Shown here piece by piece: positions 27,416-41,169 of a stretch of 64,000 nucleotides of DNA. The notes below the pieces were generated by a model. It saw nothing but the letters and a program-made list of their open reading frames with translations. It searched no databases and was not told the origin of the DNA. Both the position numbers and the translations under genes were made by a program. Origin of the DNA: Eledone cirrhosa (taxonomy: Eukaryota). The stretch's first letter is position 1, and every line of letters begins with the position of its first letter. The stretch covers positions 266,104,001 through 266,168,000 of the forward strand of contig OZ024741.1 in the NCBI GenBank assembly GCA_964016885.1. The letters run 5' to 3'.

Positions 27416-30400
27416 TTCTTCTGGTTTTATAATTTCACAATTTTTTTTCCAATAGAGAGAGAGATTCGGTTTCTAACATAGACACAAGACTCTCTCATTG
27501 GAATTTACACAACATCAACTAGGTAGATATGTATGCATGCATCATGTGTAGATATGGATGTTATTGTATGTGTGGATGTGGATGTTTTGAGTTGTATGTG
27601 TGCATGTCTATATGCTTTGTATCTGTACATGTGTATATGCAGTTATTAGATGCAAAACTTTTGGAATGTTTTACATATTTTTACTGTTCCATTAATGGAT
27701 TGTACTTGTAATTTCCTAACTAGTTGTGTTCTTTCTGTTCCTGTGAAGCCTAGCTTCTCAAGATTTGTATTGAGGCAGTTACTAACATACCCCAGTGCCC
27801 CAATAATCACAGGCATAAATATGAAGGTGTAATCAGGGTGGAGTATCTGCAGATTTCTCATCAGTTTTGCATAAATATTCTCCTTTTCGCTAATCTTTGA
27901 TATTATATTGGCATCTGCTGGGCAGCTAATTTCCACTACTGTGCATGCTTTCTTCTCCCTGTCCCATATAATATCTGGTCTGTTATGCCTGCATTTCATT
28001 GGGGTTTTTACTGGAACATTCCACCAGTACTCTTTCATATTATGTACATGGATGTCTTCCACATTGCAGTAGCTTTTAATGTGTTTATTATCGGGGCTAT
28101 CTTTTTTACGACTGCATTGTACAGTGTTTTGGCCACTACATCATGCCTCATATGTAGATAGTACCGCGATGACATCTTTGGACAGCTGCTGATGACATGG
28201 GTGATATCCTCGATGTTAGTTCTGCAGAGTATTCACTTGTTATCACATCTAGGTGTTTTGCCTGCATCCCTATCTCTTTTGTGAATCAGGTATTTCGTGT
28301 TAATCTCCTGTTCTTGGATTGCAAAAGCGTATCCTTCAAAGTGGGAGCCAATATAGTGGTTGTTGGTCCAAGATAGACTACTTTCCTTATCTATATTACT
28401 CTCACTCTGGAGCTTCCTGGCAACATATCCATGTATGACTTTTTGCTGATAAGCATGCAGTTTTTTTATCCATGGATTCACTGCGATACTGCTGAGCGAC
28501 TTCCCTGGGTGTGATTTTTTGATTATCACACAGGGAATATCTCTCGAGGAGTTCCTTCCCAACTCTCATGATCTTATCTATTTCATGCAGATAGACTTGC
28601 TCGAGAAGCAGGCTCCTACGCTTCGAGGTTCGTAGATGTTGTCGGAGAGATATAATGCGACATTCAAATGTTGTCTGGACTGATGTTAGGCCTCTGCCTC
28701 CCTGCCTACGTTTCAAGTAAAGGCGGTCTATGTCACTGTTGATGTGGAAGTTTCCGGTGTTGTTTAGTATTTTTCGAGTTCCAACATCAACTGCTCGGAT
28801 TTCGTCTATCGTCCAATTGAGTATTCCAAACGTTGGTGTTAGGACAGGCACAGCAAACACATTGTGAGCCACTGTTTTGTTTTGCGCAGAGAGTTCCGAT
28901 GACCAAATCTTTCTTAATCGGGTGTAGTATTGCCTGGTTACGCGTTCTTTATTACAGATACCATTATAGGATATGTTCTCATCTATCCCCAGGTATCTGT
29001 AGCAGTCCTCATCAGATATCGGTGAAACAGTTAGGCCATTGATCACAATGTTGCTAGATTGGGTTGTTGTTTTTCCCCGCTTTACAGTCATGTATGATCA
29101 TTTATCTTGGCCAAACTCCATTCCTATATCCTTTGAGAACGTTGTAACCAGGTCAAGATTTTTCTTCATTCCATCCATGTTCTTGGAATAGAGTTTCAGA
29201 TCGTCCACAAAGAAATTATGGGTTAGGTTCGTATTTCTGTCCTCCTGTGAGCCAATGATGTATCCCTCACATTTCTTGAGCAGAAAGGACAAGGGGTTTA
29301 ATGATAAGATGAATAATATCACAGAGAGACTGTCCCCTTGAAATATACCCCTGCAATATTTTATTTTATCAGTGAAAATAGAGTCCTCCCTCTCTGTCTT
29401 TAATCTTAGGATAGTAGCCCAAGAAGAAGACAGCCTCTCTATGGCTCTGACAATAATGTCTGGGACTTTAGTAAGTTGATTGGCCTTTATCATCCAGGAG
29501 TGGGGAACAGAATCGAAAGCTTTCCTGTAGTCCAGCCAGACTGTAACCATATTTCTCCTAAGTTGTTGCACCTCCGACATCTTTCCAGCTGCTTGTTCAT
29601 CTGTGATGATGTTATTATTTTCACAGTGATCTTGGAGGAATAGATTCAGGCAGGGTGTATACATCTTATACATCAGGTTCTGGCATGCAATGAGTCGGTA
29701 GTTTTTTGCCAAGTGGGTGTCTTTGTTCTTGGGGACCAGTAATGTTTGTGCTAATGTCAACCATTCTGGTATAAGTGTATCTCCCTTAAGAACTTGTTGG
29801 TAGAGGCCAGTAAGATACCTCCGATAGAATATCAGTGTTTTGTACCAGTAGCCGACAATCATGTCTCTTTCTGGTGTTTTCTTATCTTGGAGTTTTCTTA
29901 TCACAGTCTCAAGGGTACCCTCACTTATTTCTTATGTTTTTGTTGTAGCGTAGGAGCAATAGTTCTTTCGGATTTCTCTTAGTCACACTGCATCCTGGTT
30001 GAAATTCTTCTTTTCACCCCATATTTTGCTCCAAAAGGAATCTATGTCTTTCTGGGATGGGGCCTCAGTGACACTTATTATTTTGTTCTTCATATCTCTA
30101 TAGACTGATGTTTGGTTTCGTCTGAATCTTTTATTAAGCACTTTTCTCTCATCTACCTTCTTCAGGTATCGGCGTCTTTCACTAACAGCTCTCAATTCTT
30201 GTTTGAGGGTGATCAGCTTATATTGAAGTTCTGGTTCTACTGTTACCAAACATCGTCTCTATTTTATTTTTCACTTTTTGTTGGTGAGGAGTGAGGGTTT
30301 TTGTGTTTGTTTGCATGTAAGGAGCATTGTCACATATCCTATGGTTTTTCGTAGGTCAGCAATCTTTTTTTCTATTTTAGTTATATATGATGGTATTTTT

Positions 30401-31494
30401 GGTGGTGTTTTGTTCTTGTTAATATCTCTGCTATCACCAAGATAATGCTTCACTGTCGTTGCTAGGGCATATAAACGGGCGTTGATTTGCCAAAATTTTG
30501 GGGTTTTTATCCGTCGTAAATATTCATCCCTAATTTCGTCAATAACACGTAATATTTCATTATTTGGTTTTTTATTAAACATTGTCGTTTTAATACGTTC
30601 AGCTAGAGAGATATTTATACATGAATTAATTTCTCCCTGGAAGATTTCGTTGAGGGAAATTTTCAATTGTTTATACTTTTGATTATTATCATTATTGATA
30701 GTATTTTCCACAATAGTAGAGGTAGACTCGGATGGTACACTTGGTGTCAAATTTCTTCGATTATTATTATTTCTTCGATTATTATTATTAATGATAGTGT
30801 TTTCCCCAGCAGTCGAGGTAGACTTAGATGGTACAGGTGGTGTCAAGTTTCTTACAGGCATAGTTGTTTCAAGGCGCTGTTCGACCTAGCTGCTAGGAAG
30901 TCTAGTAGCATGGCGATCTGTAGCACGTGTTGTTGATTCCATGTTTGTTGTGGGGGACTTACAATTAATAATATTTATCTTATTTTTACGTTCAACAAAC
31001 GTCGCTTGTTGGCGTAATTGTTTTGCTGTGAAATAATTTAGCTCTGGGTGCATTTCGTCCCAGTGTAGCTTCATTCTGTTCATATAGCCAATGGAGGGAT
31101 TGTTTTTTGCCATTTTATAACAATTAAATAAGTCATTATTAAGTTCGCAACTCCAAGAGAAATGCGATTTATAATTTCGGTTTCTTCTGTAGCTACAACT
31201 GAATAAAGTTTGTTTACCTTTCTTGTTGGTTGTCTTCGATACTTCCTTAATTTTGTTGTTGGTGTTGTGTTCAGCCATGCTGTTCGTAGCAAATCCTTGT
31301 AAAATGAATTATGTATTTAGTCGGATATCTCTACGAATTCGAATAAAAGGTGTCTTCAGAAGATATAGTTAGAAGAATAATCAGTTATTCAACATGACTG
31401 TAGTTGTGGCATTACTGTCGGAGATAGTATTCATCTTAAATTTAATAAATAGTCTCCCACGCCAAAATATGCGACTGATCGCGTTGACTGTATA
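27416..31494 (-). mobile_element. Full-length but frameshifted R4-clade non-LTR retrotransposon inserted in (CATA)n
   Basis: ORF pieces: N-terminal WSCELNNDL..GYMNRMKLHW, RT ([29 protein letters not shown]), CCHC knuckle, RLE HNRPD..VEISCP; (TATG)n on both flanks. Confidence 0.93.
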
Positions 31495-32234
31495 GTGTAT
31501 GTATGTATGTATGTATGTATGTATGTATGTATGTATGTATGTATGTATGTATGTATGTATGTATGTATGTGTTTGTGTATGTATGTATGTTTGTATGGAT
31601 ATATGTATGTATGTATGTATGTTCGTATAGTTGAAGCCGTTCGTGTTACCGTTCGTGAAGCCGTTCGTGTTGCTTTACAGCATAGAGTTATGGCTCTCCA
31701 CGCTCCGAGCTCAAATCCCGCCAAGGTCAGCCTTGCCTTTCATCCCCACGGAGTCAACAAAAGAAGGCACCAGTAATGCGCTGGAACAATCGCTGGCCCC
31801 GTGCCAAAAGCAGAAAAATTATTATTATTAAAGTTGTTGTTTTCTTAAGGCCCGGTCGCTGGTGGTGGTGGTGGTGGTGGCAGTTGATGTTGTTGAGTTG
31901 TGTGTGTGTGTTTTGTTAATTTGTGTTTTTTTGTTTTTTTTATTGTTTGATGCCGCTGTTGTTGTTGTAGTAAATGTTGTAATCTTGTATCAGTAATGAC
32001 GGTAATATATATACATATATATATATATGAGTGTGTGTGTGTATCAGTGAGTAGCGTGTGTGTGTTTGTCTGTATGTATGAGTGTTGGTGTGTGCGCGTG
32101 TATGTATGTGTGTGTGTGCGCGTGTGTATATGTCGTATGTATAAGTGTCAATAAGTGAGTTTTTTTTTTTTTTTAATGCGCGGGGACATAGAAATAGTCG
32201 GGCTGGATACCCGATCGCGCAGTTAAACCACTGG

Positions 32235-32460
32235 GAGTGAAGAACCCCTAGCACTTGTCAGGGCATTCTTCTAGGAGAAGGCATCTCAGGAAACTGGGTT
32301 AACTCCGACATAAAACCTGGGGCTCTGTAGTTACCGATGATGTTGATCTTTTCTTCTTTTTGGGTTATAGCTACTGTTGCTCAGAGAGTGGGATTGGCTC
32401 AGTGCACAGTCTTTCCTCACTTTGAAAATATTTGTCACGCACAGGCATTGCACGATTGCA
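32235..32460 (+). mobile_element. Non-autonomous RTE-related fragment
   Basis: ctaggagaagg...gatgatgttga...gagagtggg...gcacaggcattg shared with the 2125 and 45271 copies. Confidence 0.6.
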
Positions 32461-32482
32461 TTAATTAATAATTATTAATAGT

Positions 32483-32529
<47 letters not shown>

Positions 32530-32706
32530 GGATTGGCAGTATCAGTAGAGGGTCGGACACCATGCTTTCCAGCATAGTTACGTCCCTTTATGATCTGAGT
32601 TCAAATCCCGCCGAGGTTGACTTTGCCTTTCATCCTTACGGGGTATTTAAAATAAAGTACCAGTAATACACTGGTAATTGCTGGCCTTGTGCCTAAAGTA
32701 GAAACA

Positions 32707-32707
<1 letters not shown>
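32530..32707 (+). mobile_element. SINE flanked by (TAT)n
   Basis: Matches 24881-25067; tail runs into (ATT)n. Confidence 0.9.
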
Positions 32708-32775
<68 letters not shown>

Positions 32776-32776
<1 letters not shown>

Positions 32777-34847
32777 TTTGAGTCTCAGTCATTGATGTTA
32801 GTTAACTGGAAAGTTTGTTGAAATAAATATCAAGCCACTACCTGCAGCCTCAGATATTCAGGACGTATCGGAGAGTTCTTGCTGTTCCCAGCAAGCATGC
32901 CTTTTGAAGTGTTCCAAAAAGCGGGGCGGGGCCAATTTTCTTTAACCATCCTTGGAAACTTTTTGAGATAGTACCTAGTGTGCCTATGACAATCGGGACC
33001 ACTTTGACTTCATGGCAGTTCTAAATCCTTTTTACCTCCCACTTTAAGTCCTGGTATCGGTTAATTTTCTCCCTCTCCTTCTCTTGCACTCTCGTGTCGA
33101 ATGGGCAGGCCACATCCACAATCAGGCACGATCTTTTTTCCTTGTCCAAAACCACCAGGTCAGGTCTATTGTGTTCCAGTTTCTTGTCCGTCTGTATCCT
33201 AAAATCCCATAGCACCTTCACCTGATCGTTTTCTATCACCGACTCTGGCTTATGCTCATACCACTTCTCAGAATGTGGTAAATTGTTTACTTTGCATAGG
33301 TACCAGTGGATCACCCTGCCCATCACATCATGTCTCCAGCCTTTAGAGTGAGTCTGGGCTAGGTGTTTACACTCGGATACAATGTGAGCCACAGTCTCCT
33401 CTCTCTCTCCACAGATCCTGCACAGTGGGCTAGCCTCCTCCTTGTAAATATGGTGTTTCAGCCACATTAGCATTCCTTCTGTAGCCTTTTTTAAGGTCTC
33501 CTCTTCTCAACCAGTTCCATGTCTGTGGATCTTTGAATTCCGTTTTCTCAAAGAAGGTACTATGAAGGGATTTTTCATGAAGGTTGCTCTGTCTCCTCGT
33601 TGTTATTTCCTCCTTGGACATCCCCTGGTCTATTGTTCTCTCCTTCAGTACAATTCTGAGCATTGGCTCCTTACTATCGGTCACGTATTTGTGTAGGTTG
33701 TTTTTCTCCATCTGAACACAGTCTTCTATGCTGATAAGACCTCTTCCACCTTTAGATCTCCTTAAGTAGAGTTTATCGACATCAATCCTCTTGTGGAACA
33801 TGTTGTAGATAGTCAATAGCTTCCTAGTCTTCCTATCCATTTATTTTTGTTCAGCAACATTCCATCTCAGAATACCCGCACTGTACCTAATAATAGACAC
33901 AGCTCGGGAATTTACTGCACTTATGGCATTCCTTCTGTTCAGATGTGAATTTAATACGCTCCTTACTCTCCGAATGTATTCAGATCTTATCAATTCCTTC
34001 ATTTTTTTGTTCTTGATGTCATCTGCCTCCAGAACACCCAAATACTTGTATTCTTCTTCAGTGTCAATTTCCTTTATCATCTCCCCTGTTGGTACCTGGA
34101 TTCCGTTGCTTCTGCTCAATTTACCCCTCCTCATCACAAGGACTCCACACTTACTAATACCAAATTGCATACATATATCATTGCTGAAAATACGGACAGT
34201 ATCAACAAGTACATCCAACTCCTTCTCACTCTTCCCAAAGAGTTTAAGATCGTCCATGAAGAGGAGGTGATTGATGGTAAGCTCTCCCTTTCCCAACTTG
34301 TATCCTGCTCTCACTTTTTGCAGTATAATGGTCAGGGGTATCAGGGCAAGGACAAACAACAGAGGGGACAGACTATCTCCCTGGAAGATACCTCTCTTGA
34401 TTTTCACGCCTCCCAAGGATTCTCCAGCTGATGTTAACTCTGTCTCCCAGGACTTCATACTTTTGCTCAACAACTCTCTCATGTTATCTGCCACCTTGAA
34501 GATCTCCAGGCTTTTGGTGATCCAAGAATGGGGCACCATGTCAAATGCCTTTTTGTAGTCTATCCATCCCATGGCAAGACCAGTGTGTCTCCTCTTGCAA
34601 TTCCTCATTACCATCTTATCAATAAGTAACTGGTCCTTTGTACCACGGGACTTCTTTCAGCATCCTTTCTGTTCGTCCGGTAACAGGTTGTTTGTGTGGA
34701 GGTGATGGTAGATTTCCTCAGACACAATGCTTGTCAACAGTTTCCACATTACGGACAGACATGTGATAGGTCTATAGTTTGTAACATCATTACCCTTGAT
34801 TCGGTCTTTCATTACCAGAACTGTGGTACCTTTTGTCAACTACTCTG

Positions 34848-34848
<1 letters not shown>
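32776..34848 (-). mobile_element. Dong/R4 retrotransposon copy A, 5'-truncated and decayed
   Basis: RT+CCHC+RLE fragments paralogous to 35014-37401 with stops and a deletion; (TAT)n on both sides. Confidence 0.93.
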
Positions 34849-34930
<82 letters not shown>

Positions 34931-37900
34931 GTTGTTATTCCTTGAATCTCAGGCATTGATGTTGGTTAACTGGAAAGTCCGTTGGAATGAATATCAAGCC
35001 ACTACCTGCAGCCTCAGATATTCAGGACGTATCGGAGGGTTCTTGCTGTTCCCAGCAAGCATGCCTTTTGAAGCGTTCCAAAAAGCGTGAAGGGGCCGAT
35101 TTTCTTTAACCATCCCTGGAAACTTTTGGAGATAGTCCCCAGTGCGCCTATGACAATCGGGATCACTTTGACTTCATGGCAGTTCCAAATCCTTTTTACC
35201 TCCCACTTTAGGTCCTGGTATCGGTTAATTTTCTCTCTCTCCTTCTCTTGCACTCTCGTGTCGAATGGGCAGGCCACATCCACAATAAGACACGATCTTT
35301 TTTCTTTGTCCACAACCACCAGGTCAGGTCTATTGTGTTCCAGTTTCTTGTCCGTCTGTATCCTAAAATCCCACAGCACCTTCACATGATCGTTCTCCAT
35401 CACCGCCTCTGGCCTATGCTCATACCATTTCTCAGAATGTGGTAAATTGTTTACTTTGCACAGGTGCCAGTGGATCACCCTGCCCATCACATCATGTCTC
35501 CAGCCCTTATAGTGGGTCTGGGCTAGGTGTTTACACTCGGATACAATGTGAGCCACAGTCTCCTCTCTCTCTCCACAGATCCTGCACAGTGGGCTAGCCT
35601 CCTCCTTGTAAATATGGTGCTTCAACCACTTCGTTTTGAGGGCTTGCTCCTGCGCGGCCATTAGCATTCCTTCTGTAGCCTTTTTGAGGTCTCCTCTTCT
35701 CACCCAGTTCCATGTCTGTGGATCTCTAAATTCAGTTTTCTCAAAGAAGGTACTATGAAGGGATTTTCCCTGAAGGCTGCTCTTTCTCCTTGATGTTATT
35801 TCCTCCTTGGACATCCCCTGGCCTACTGTCCCCTCCTTCAGTACTGTTCTGAGCATTGGCTCCTTACTATCAGTCACGTATTTGTATAGGTTGTTTTTCT
35901 CCATCTGAACACAGTCCTCTATGCTGATAAGACCTCTTCCACCCTCAGATCTCCTTAGGTAGAGTCTATCGACATCACTCCTCTTGTGGAACATGTTGTA
36001 GATAGTCAATAGCTTCCTAGTCTTCCTATCCATTTCTTTTTGTTCAGCAACATTCCATCTCAGAATACCCGCACTGTACCTAATAATAGACACAGCTCGG
36101 GAATTTACTGCGCTTATGGCATTTCTACTGTTCAGATGTGACTTCAATACGCTCCTTACTCTCCGAATGTATTCAGTTCTTAACAATTCCTTCATTTTTT
36201 TGTTCTTTATGCCATCAGCCTCCAGAACGCCCAAATACTTGTATCCTTCCTCGGAGTCAATTTCCTTTATCATCTCCCCTGTTGGTATCTGGATTCCGTT
36301 ACTTCTGCTCAACCTACCCCTCCTCATCACAATGACTCCACATTTACTAATACCAAACTGCATACATATATCACTGCTGAAAATACGGACAGTGTCAACA
36401 AGCAAATCCAACTCCTTCTCAATCTTCCCGAAGAGCTTAAGATCGTCCATGAAGAGGAGGTGATTGATGGTAAGCTCTCCCTTTCCCAACTTGTATCCTG
36501 CTCTCACTTTTCGCAGCATAATGGTCAAGGGCATCAGAGCAAGGACAAACAACAGAGGGGACAGGCTATCTCCCTGGAAGATACCTCTCTTGATCTTCAC
36601 GCTTCCCAAGGATTCTCCAGTTGATGTCAACTCTGTCTCCCAGGACCCCATACTCCTGCCCAGCAACTGTCTGATGTTATCTGCCACCTTGAAGATCTCC
36701 AGGCTTTTGGTGATCCAAGAATGAGGCACCATGTCAAATGCCTTTCTGTAGTCTATCCATCCCATGGCAAGATCAGTGTGTCTCCTCCTGCAATTCCCCA
36801 TTACCATCTTATCAATAAGTAACTGGTCCTTTGTACCACGTGACTTCTTTCGGCATCCTTTCTGTTCGTCCGGTAACAAGTTGTTTGTGTGGAGGTGATG
36901 GTAGATTTCCTCAGACACAATGCTCGTCAACAGTTTCCACATTACGGACAGACATGTGATAGGTCTATAGTTGGTAACATCATTACCCTTGATTCGGTCT
37001 TTCATTATCAGAACTGTGGTACCTTTTGTCAACCACTCTGGCACCTCACCCGACACCAAGCAGTCATTGAACATGGCCGTCAGCTTCGGGTGGAGGGATG
37101 TTAAATTTTTAATCCAATACCCCTGCACACCATCTGGGCCTGGTGATTTCCAGTTGGTTAGTTTTTTGGCCTGCCCCTTAAGAGTTTCAACTGTGATACT
37201 CAAATCAGTTTGTTGGTGTGCCTGCTCACCGATCTCCCTCTGTACTGTCTCAATCCACCCTGCCTGGTCATTATGTCTAACATCCTGCTCCCATATTCCT
37301 CTCCAGAATGTTTTAGTTTGTTCCGCCCTAGGGATCAAGTCGTTGCCTCTTTCTTTCCCCTCAAGCTGTCCAAACAGCATCTTCTGGTTGTTGTCGAACA
37401 TGCGGTTCTGTTTATACTGACTGACTCTGTTCTTGTATCGCCTGATTTTTGCACTCTTTGCTACAATGCGTTGCTTCAGTTCCTCTATGATAATATTTAG
37501 CTTTTTCCTCCTAGTTTTGTACTTTATTTCCAGTCTATTTTTAGTGTCTATGTTTTTAGTGTCCCATTCAGTAGGGACTCAAGCTTTCCTATGTCATTTC
37601 TCATTTCCTTGATTTGACCACTCAGTCGTTTCTTCCACCAAGGCTCTGCTCTTTCTTGTCTGTTGTTTCCTCTCGCTTTTATACCAAGTAGTTTCCTCAC
37701 CGTATTTGCTGTTGCTTTGAGGATATTGTTGCACTGGTGAAGGCTCCTCGCCTCAAGGTATGGGATGACTTTGTTTACCTTAGCTGTTGTTTCTTTTAAC
37801 TTTTTCCTGTCTACAAATCTTAGGTTCATAGGTCTCCCACTATCATTGTTCAATTCATCTACCACTAAATTTAGGATGTCTACCGAATCTTGTCCTAGCC

Positions 37901-38660
37901 CGTCAGCATTCATCTCCTCAGTGGCCGTATCTCTGTTCCAGGTATTATTTATCTCAGTATTCAGATCATTGTCTGCTTCGGGTGGTTCCTCCGTTCTCTC
38001 GACCCCTTCACCTTCATTTCCCACTGGCTCGTTTGTCTGGCATACTACACCCTCCATCTCCAAGCTATTCTCTCTGCTCAGTTCCTCCAGTTCCAGCTCG
38101 CTTATCCACCCATTAGTTCTTATTACCCGAGCCTGCCCGGCCAATTTTTGTTCATCTAATTTAAATATACCAATCTCGTTCCAGATGTTATGCATCCGTC
38201 TCCTATAGCCCCTCTCCTTGGGGTTACTTTTCAGGTAACATTGCATAACAGTTCTATTCAATTCTTTCGTCCAGTTGGTTCTGGCCCCTTTCCTTCTTCT
38301 TCTTCCTCCAACATCAGCAGTATTTGGTTGACAGTCAGGTTCCTGCTGCTGAGCCAGGGAGCACCTGTTGGGTGAGAGTCTGTCACATGACGTTCTCGTC
38401 TCCATTTCACCGTTATTCGAACTGTTTAGGTTCGATATTTAGACACTCTTATCGAGGATTGGCGAATGTATGGTTACATAGCCATCTGTGGATTCACCGT
38501 CGCCGGTGTTTGCGCCGCTCCACTTGGCACTTGTGTGGCATTATCACCACGCTGTAGACGAACACAAATAAACAAACAAACACACAGGCAGAAAAGACAC
38601 CAAAAATGAATAAGCATAAGTTTCATTGTAATGTAGTGTTCGAATGTCTGACTTAGTTGT
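34931..38660 (-). mobile_element. Dong/R4 retrotransposon copy B, approximately full-length
   Basis: Single long ORF region 38405-35014, short 3' UTR abutting (TAA)n; 5' boundary approximate. Confidence 0.93.
35014..38405 (-). CDS. R4/Dong polyprotein (N-terminal Myb-like domain, RT, CCHC, restriction-like endonuclease); one frameshift at ~37555
   Basis: WTKELN..GYRRRMHNIW; KSPGPDG; YRPITCL; [10 protein letters not shown]; [10 protein letters not shown]; CRICGEREETVAHIVSEC; RHD; NRPD; DVACP. ORFs 37548-38405 and 35014-37401 join if one A is added. Confidence 0.92.
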
Positions 38661-39468
38661 TCCCCCCTCTTCTATGTCCGTCCGCTTGTTTCTCTCTTCA
38701 TTCTTATTTTCTTTACGTTTTTTTGTTTTTTTTTCTCTGTTTGTTTTTCTCGTTTTTTGCTGTTGTTGCTGTGCTGCTTTGGTTTTGTTGTTTGTTTTTT
38801 CTTTTTTCTTTTGTGTCTATCTATATATTTTGATGCCTTCCCCTTTTTTAGTAGTAGGAATTCTATAATGTGGTGGCAGCAGCTAGCAGGGAGCAGTGGA
38901 AGACAGTAGCGGTGGTAGCGATACTGAGACAGTGGTGGTGGTGATGTCGATACCGAGGCAGTGGTGGTGGTGATGTGATCGTATTACTGTAGTGATGGTG
39001 TTCTAGCGGTGGTAGCAATGAAGGAGTGGTGGCGGCGGTGATGGGATAGTGGTGGTAATGATGGCAGTAGTGAGTGGTGGTGGTGAAATTGCCGTTATCT
39101 GGCTGTTGTGTTTAGTGTACACAGAGAGGTGATGGGGTAGGTGGTGTATCTAGTTTCTGGTGTTGGTGAGATTGCTGTTGTTTGGCTGTTCTATATAGTG
39201 TAGACAGAGGAGGGGGGGGTTCTTCTTCCATTTATAGCCATTTTCTTTTTTGACTATACAATGTACAATACAAAGTTGAATATTTGAATATTTGAGCCTT
39301 ATAACAATATATTTTGGGTCCGAATTTTTGGGGGCTCAAGCCGGATGCTTTACGTAGCATTTGTACTAAGAGTTGTTATTTCACAAATGATTTAAATATG
39401 TTAAAAATTCAAAACTTACGGGAGCGATTTCATGACCTTCCACCACCTCGTGCGTCTTCTTCCCTTAT

Positions 39469-39503
<35 letters not shown>

Positions 39504-41080
39504 GTTATTGTTATTCCTTGAATCTCAGTCATTGATGTTGGTTAACTGGAAAGTCCGTTGGATTGAATATCAAGCCACTACCTGCAGCCTCAGATATTCA
39601 GGACGTATCGGAGGGTTCTTGCTGTTCCAAGCAAGCATGCCTTTTGAAGCGTTCCAAAAAGCGTGAAGGGGCCGATTTTCTTTAACCATCCCTGGAAACC
39701 TTTGGAGATAGTCCCCAGTGCGCCTATGACAATCGGGATCACTTTGACTTCATGGCAGTTCCAAATCCTTTTCACCTCCCACTTTAGGTCCTGGTATCGG
39801 TTAATTTTCTCTCTCTCCTTCTCTTGCACTCTCGTGTCGAACGGGCAGGCCACATCCACAATCAGGCACGATCTTTTTTCTTTGTCCACAACCACCAGGT
39901 CAGGTCTATTGTGTTCCAGTTTTTTGTCCGTCTGTATCCTAAAATCCCACAGCACCTTCACCTGACTGTTCTCCATCACCGCCTCTGGCCTATGCTCATA
40001 CCATTTCTCAGAATGTGGTAGATTGTTTACTTTGCACAGGTGCCAGTGGATCACCCTGCCCATCACATCGTGTCTCCAGCCCTTATAGTGGGTCTGGGCT
40101 AGGTGTTTACACTCGGACACAATGTGAGCCACAGTCTCCTCTCTCTCTCCACAGATCCTGCACAGTGGGCTAGCCTCCCCCTTGTAGATATGGTGCTTCA
40201 ACCACTTCGTTTTGAGGGCCTGCTCCTGCGCAGCCATTAGCATTCCTTCTGTAGCCTTTTTGAGGTCTCCTCTTCTCAACCAGTTCCATGTCTGTGGATC
40301 TCTAAATTCAGTTTTCTCAAAGAAGGTACTATGAAGGGATTTTCCCTTAAGGCTGCTCTTCCTCCTTGATGTTATTTCCTCCTTGGACATCCCCTGGCCT
40401 ACTGTCCCCTCCTTCAGTACAGTTCTGAGCATTGGCTCCTTACTATAGGTCACGTATTTGTATAGGTTGTTTTTCTCCATCTGAACACAGTCCTCTATGC
40501 TGATAAGACCTCTTCCACCCTCAGATCTCCTTAGGTAGAGTCTATCGAGATCACTCCTCTTGTGGAACATGTTGTAGATAGTCAATAGCTTCCTAGTCTT
40601 CCTATCCATTTCTTTTTGTTCAGCAACATTCCATCTCAGAATTCCCGCACTGTACCTAATAATAGACACAGCTCGGGAATTTACTGCGCTTATGGCATTT
40701 CTGCTGTTCAGATGTGACTTCAATACGCTCCTTACTCTCCGAATGTATTCAGTTCTTAACAATTCCTTCATTTTTTTGTTCTTTATGCCATCAGCCTCCA
40801 GAACGCCCAAATACTTGTATCCTTCCTCAGAGTCAATTTCCTTTATCATCTCACCTGTTGGTATCTGGATCCCGTTACTTCTGCTCAACCTACCCCTCTT
40901 CATCACAATGACTCCACATTTACCAATACCAAACTGCATACATATATCACTGCTGAAAATACGGACAGTGTCAACAAGCACATCCAACTCCTTCTCACTT
41001 TTCCCCGAAGAGCTTAAGATCGTCCATGAAGAGGAGGTGATTGATGGTAAGCTCTCCCCTTCCCAACTTGTATCCTGCTC
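39504..41080 (-). mobile_element. Dong/R4 retrotransposon copy C, 5'-truncated
   Basis: Nearly identical to the 3' 1.55 kb of copy B; (TAT)n on both flanks. Confidence 0.94.
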
Positions 41081-41169
41081 TATTATTATTATTATTATTA
41101 TTATTGTTACTATTATTATTACTTTTTTTCCCAATTCAATTATATTCCAAAACAATATGAAAGAGATAA

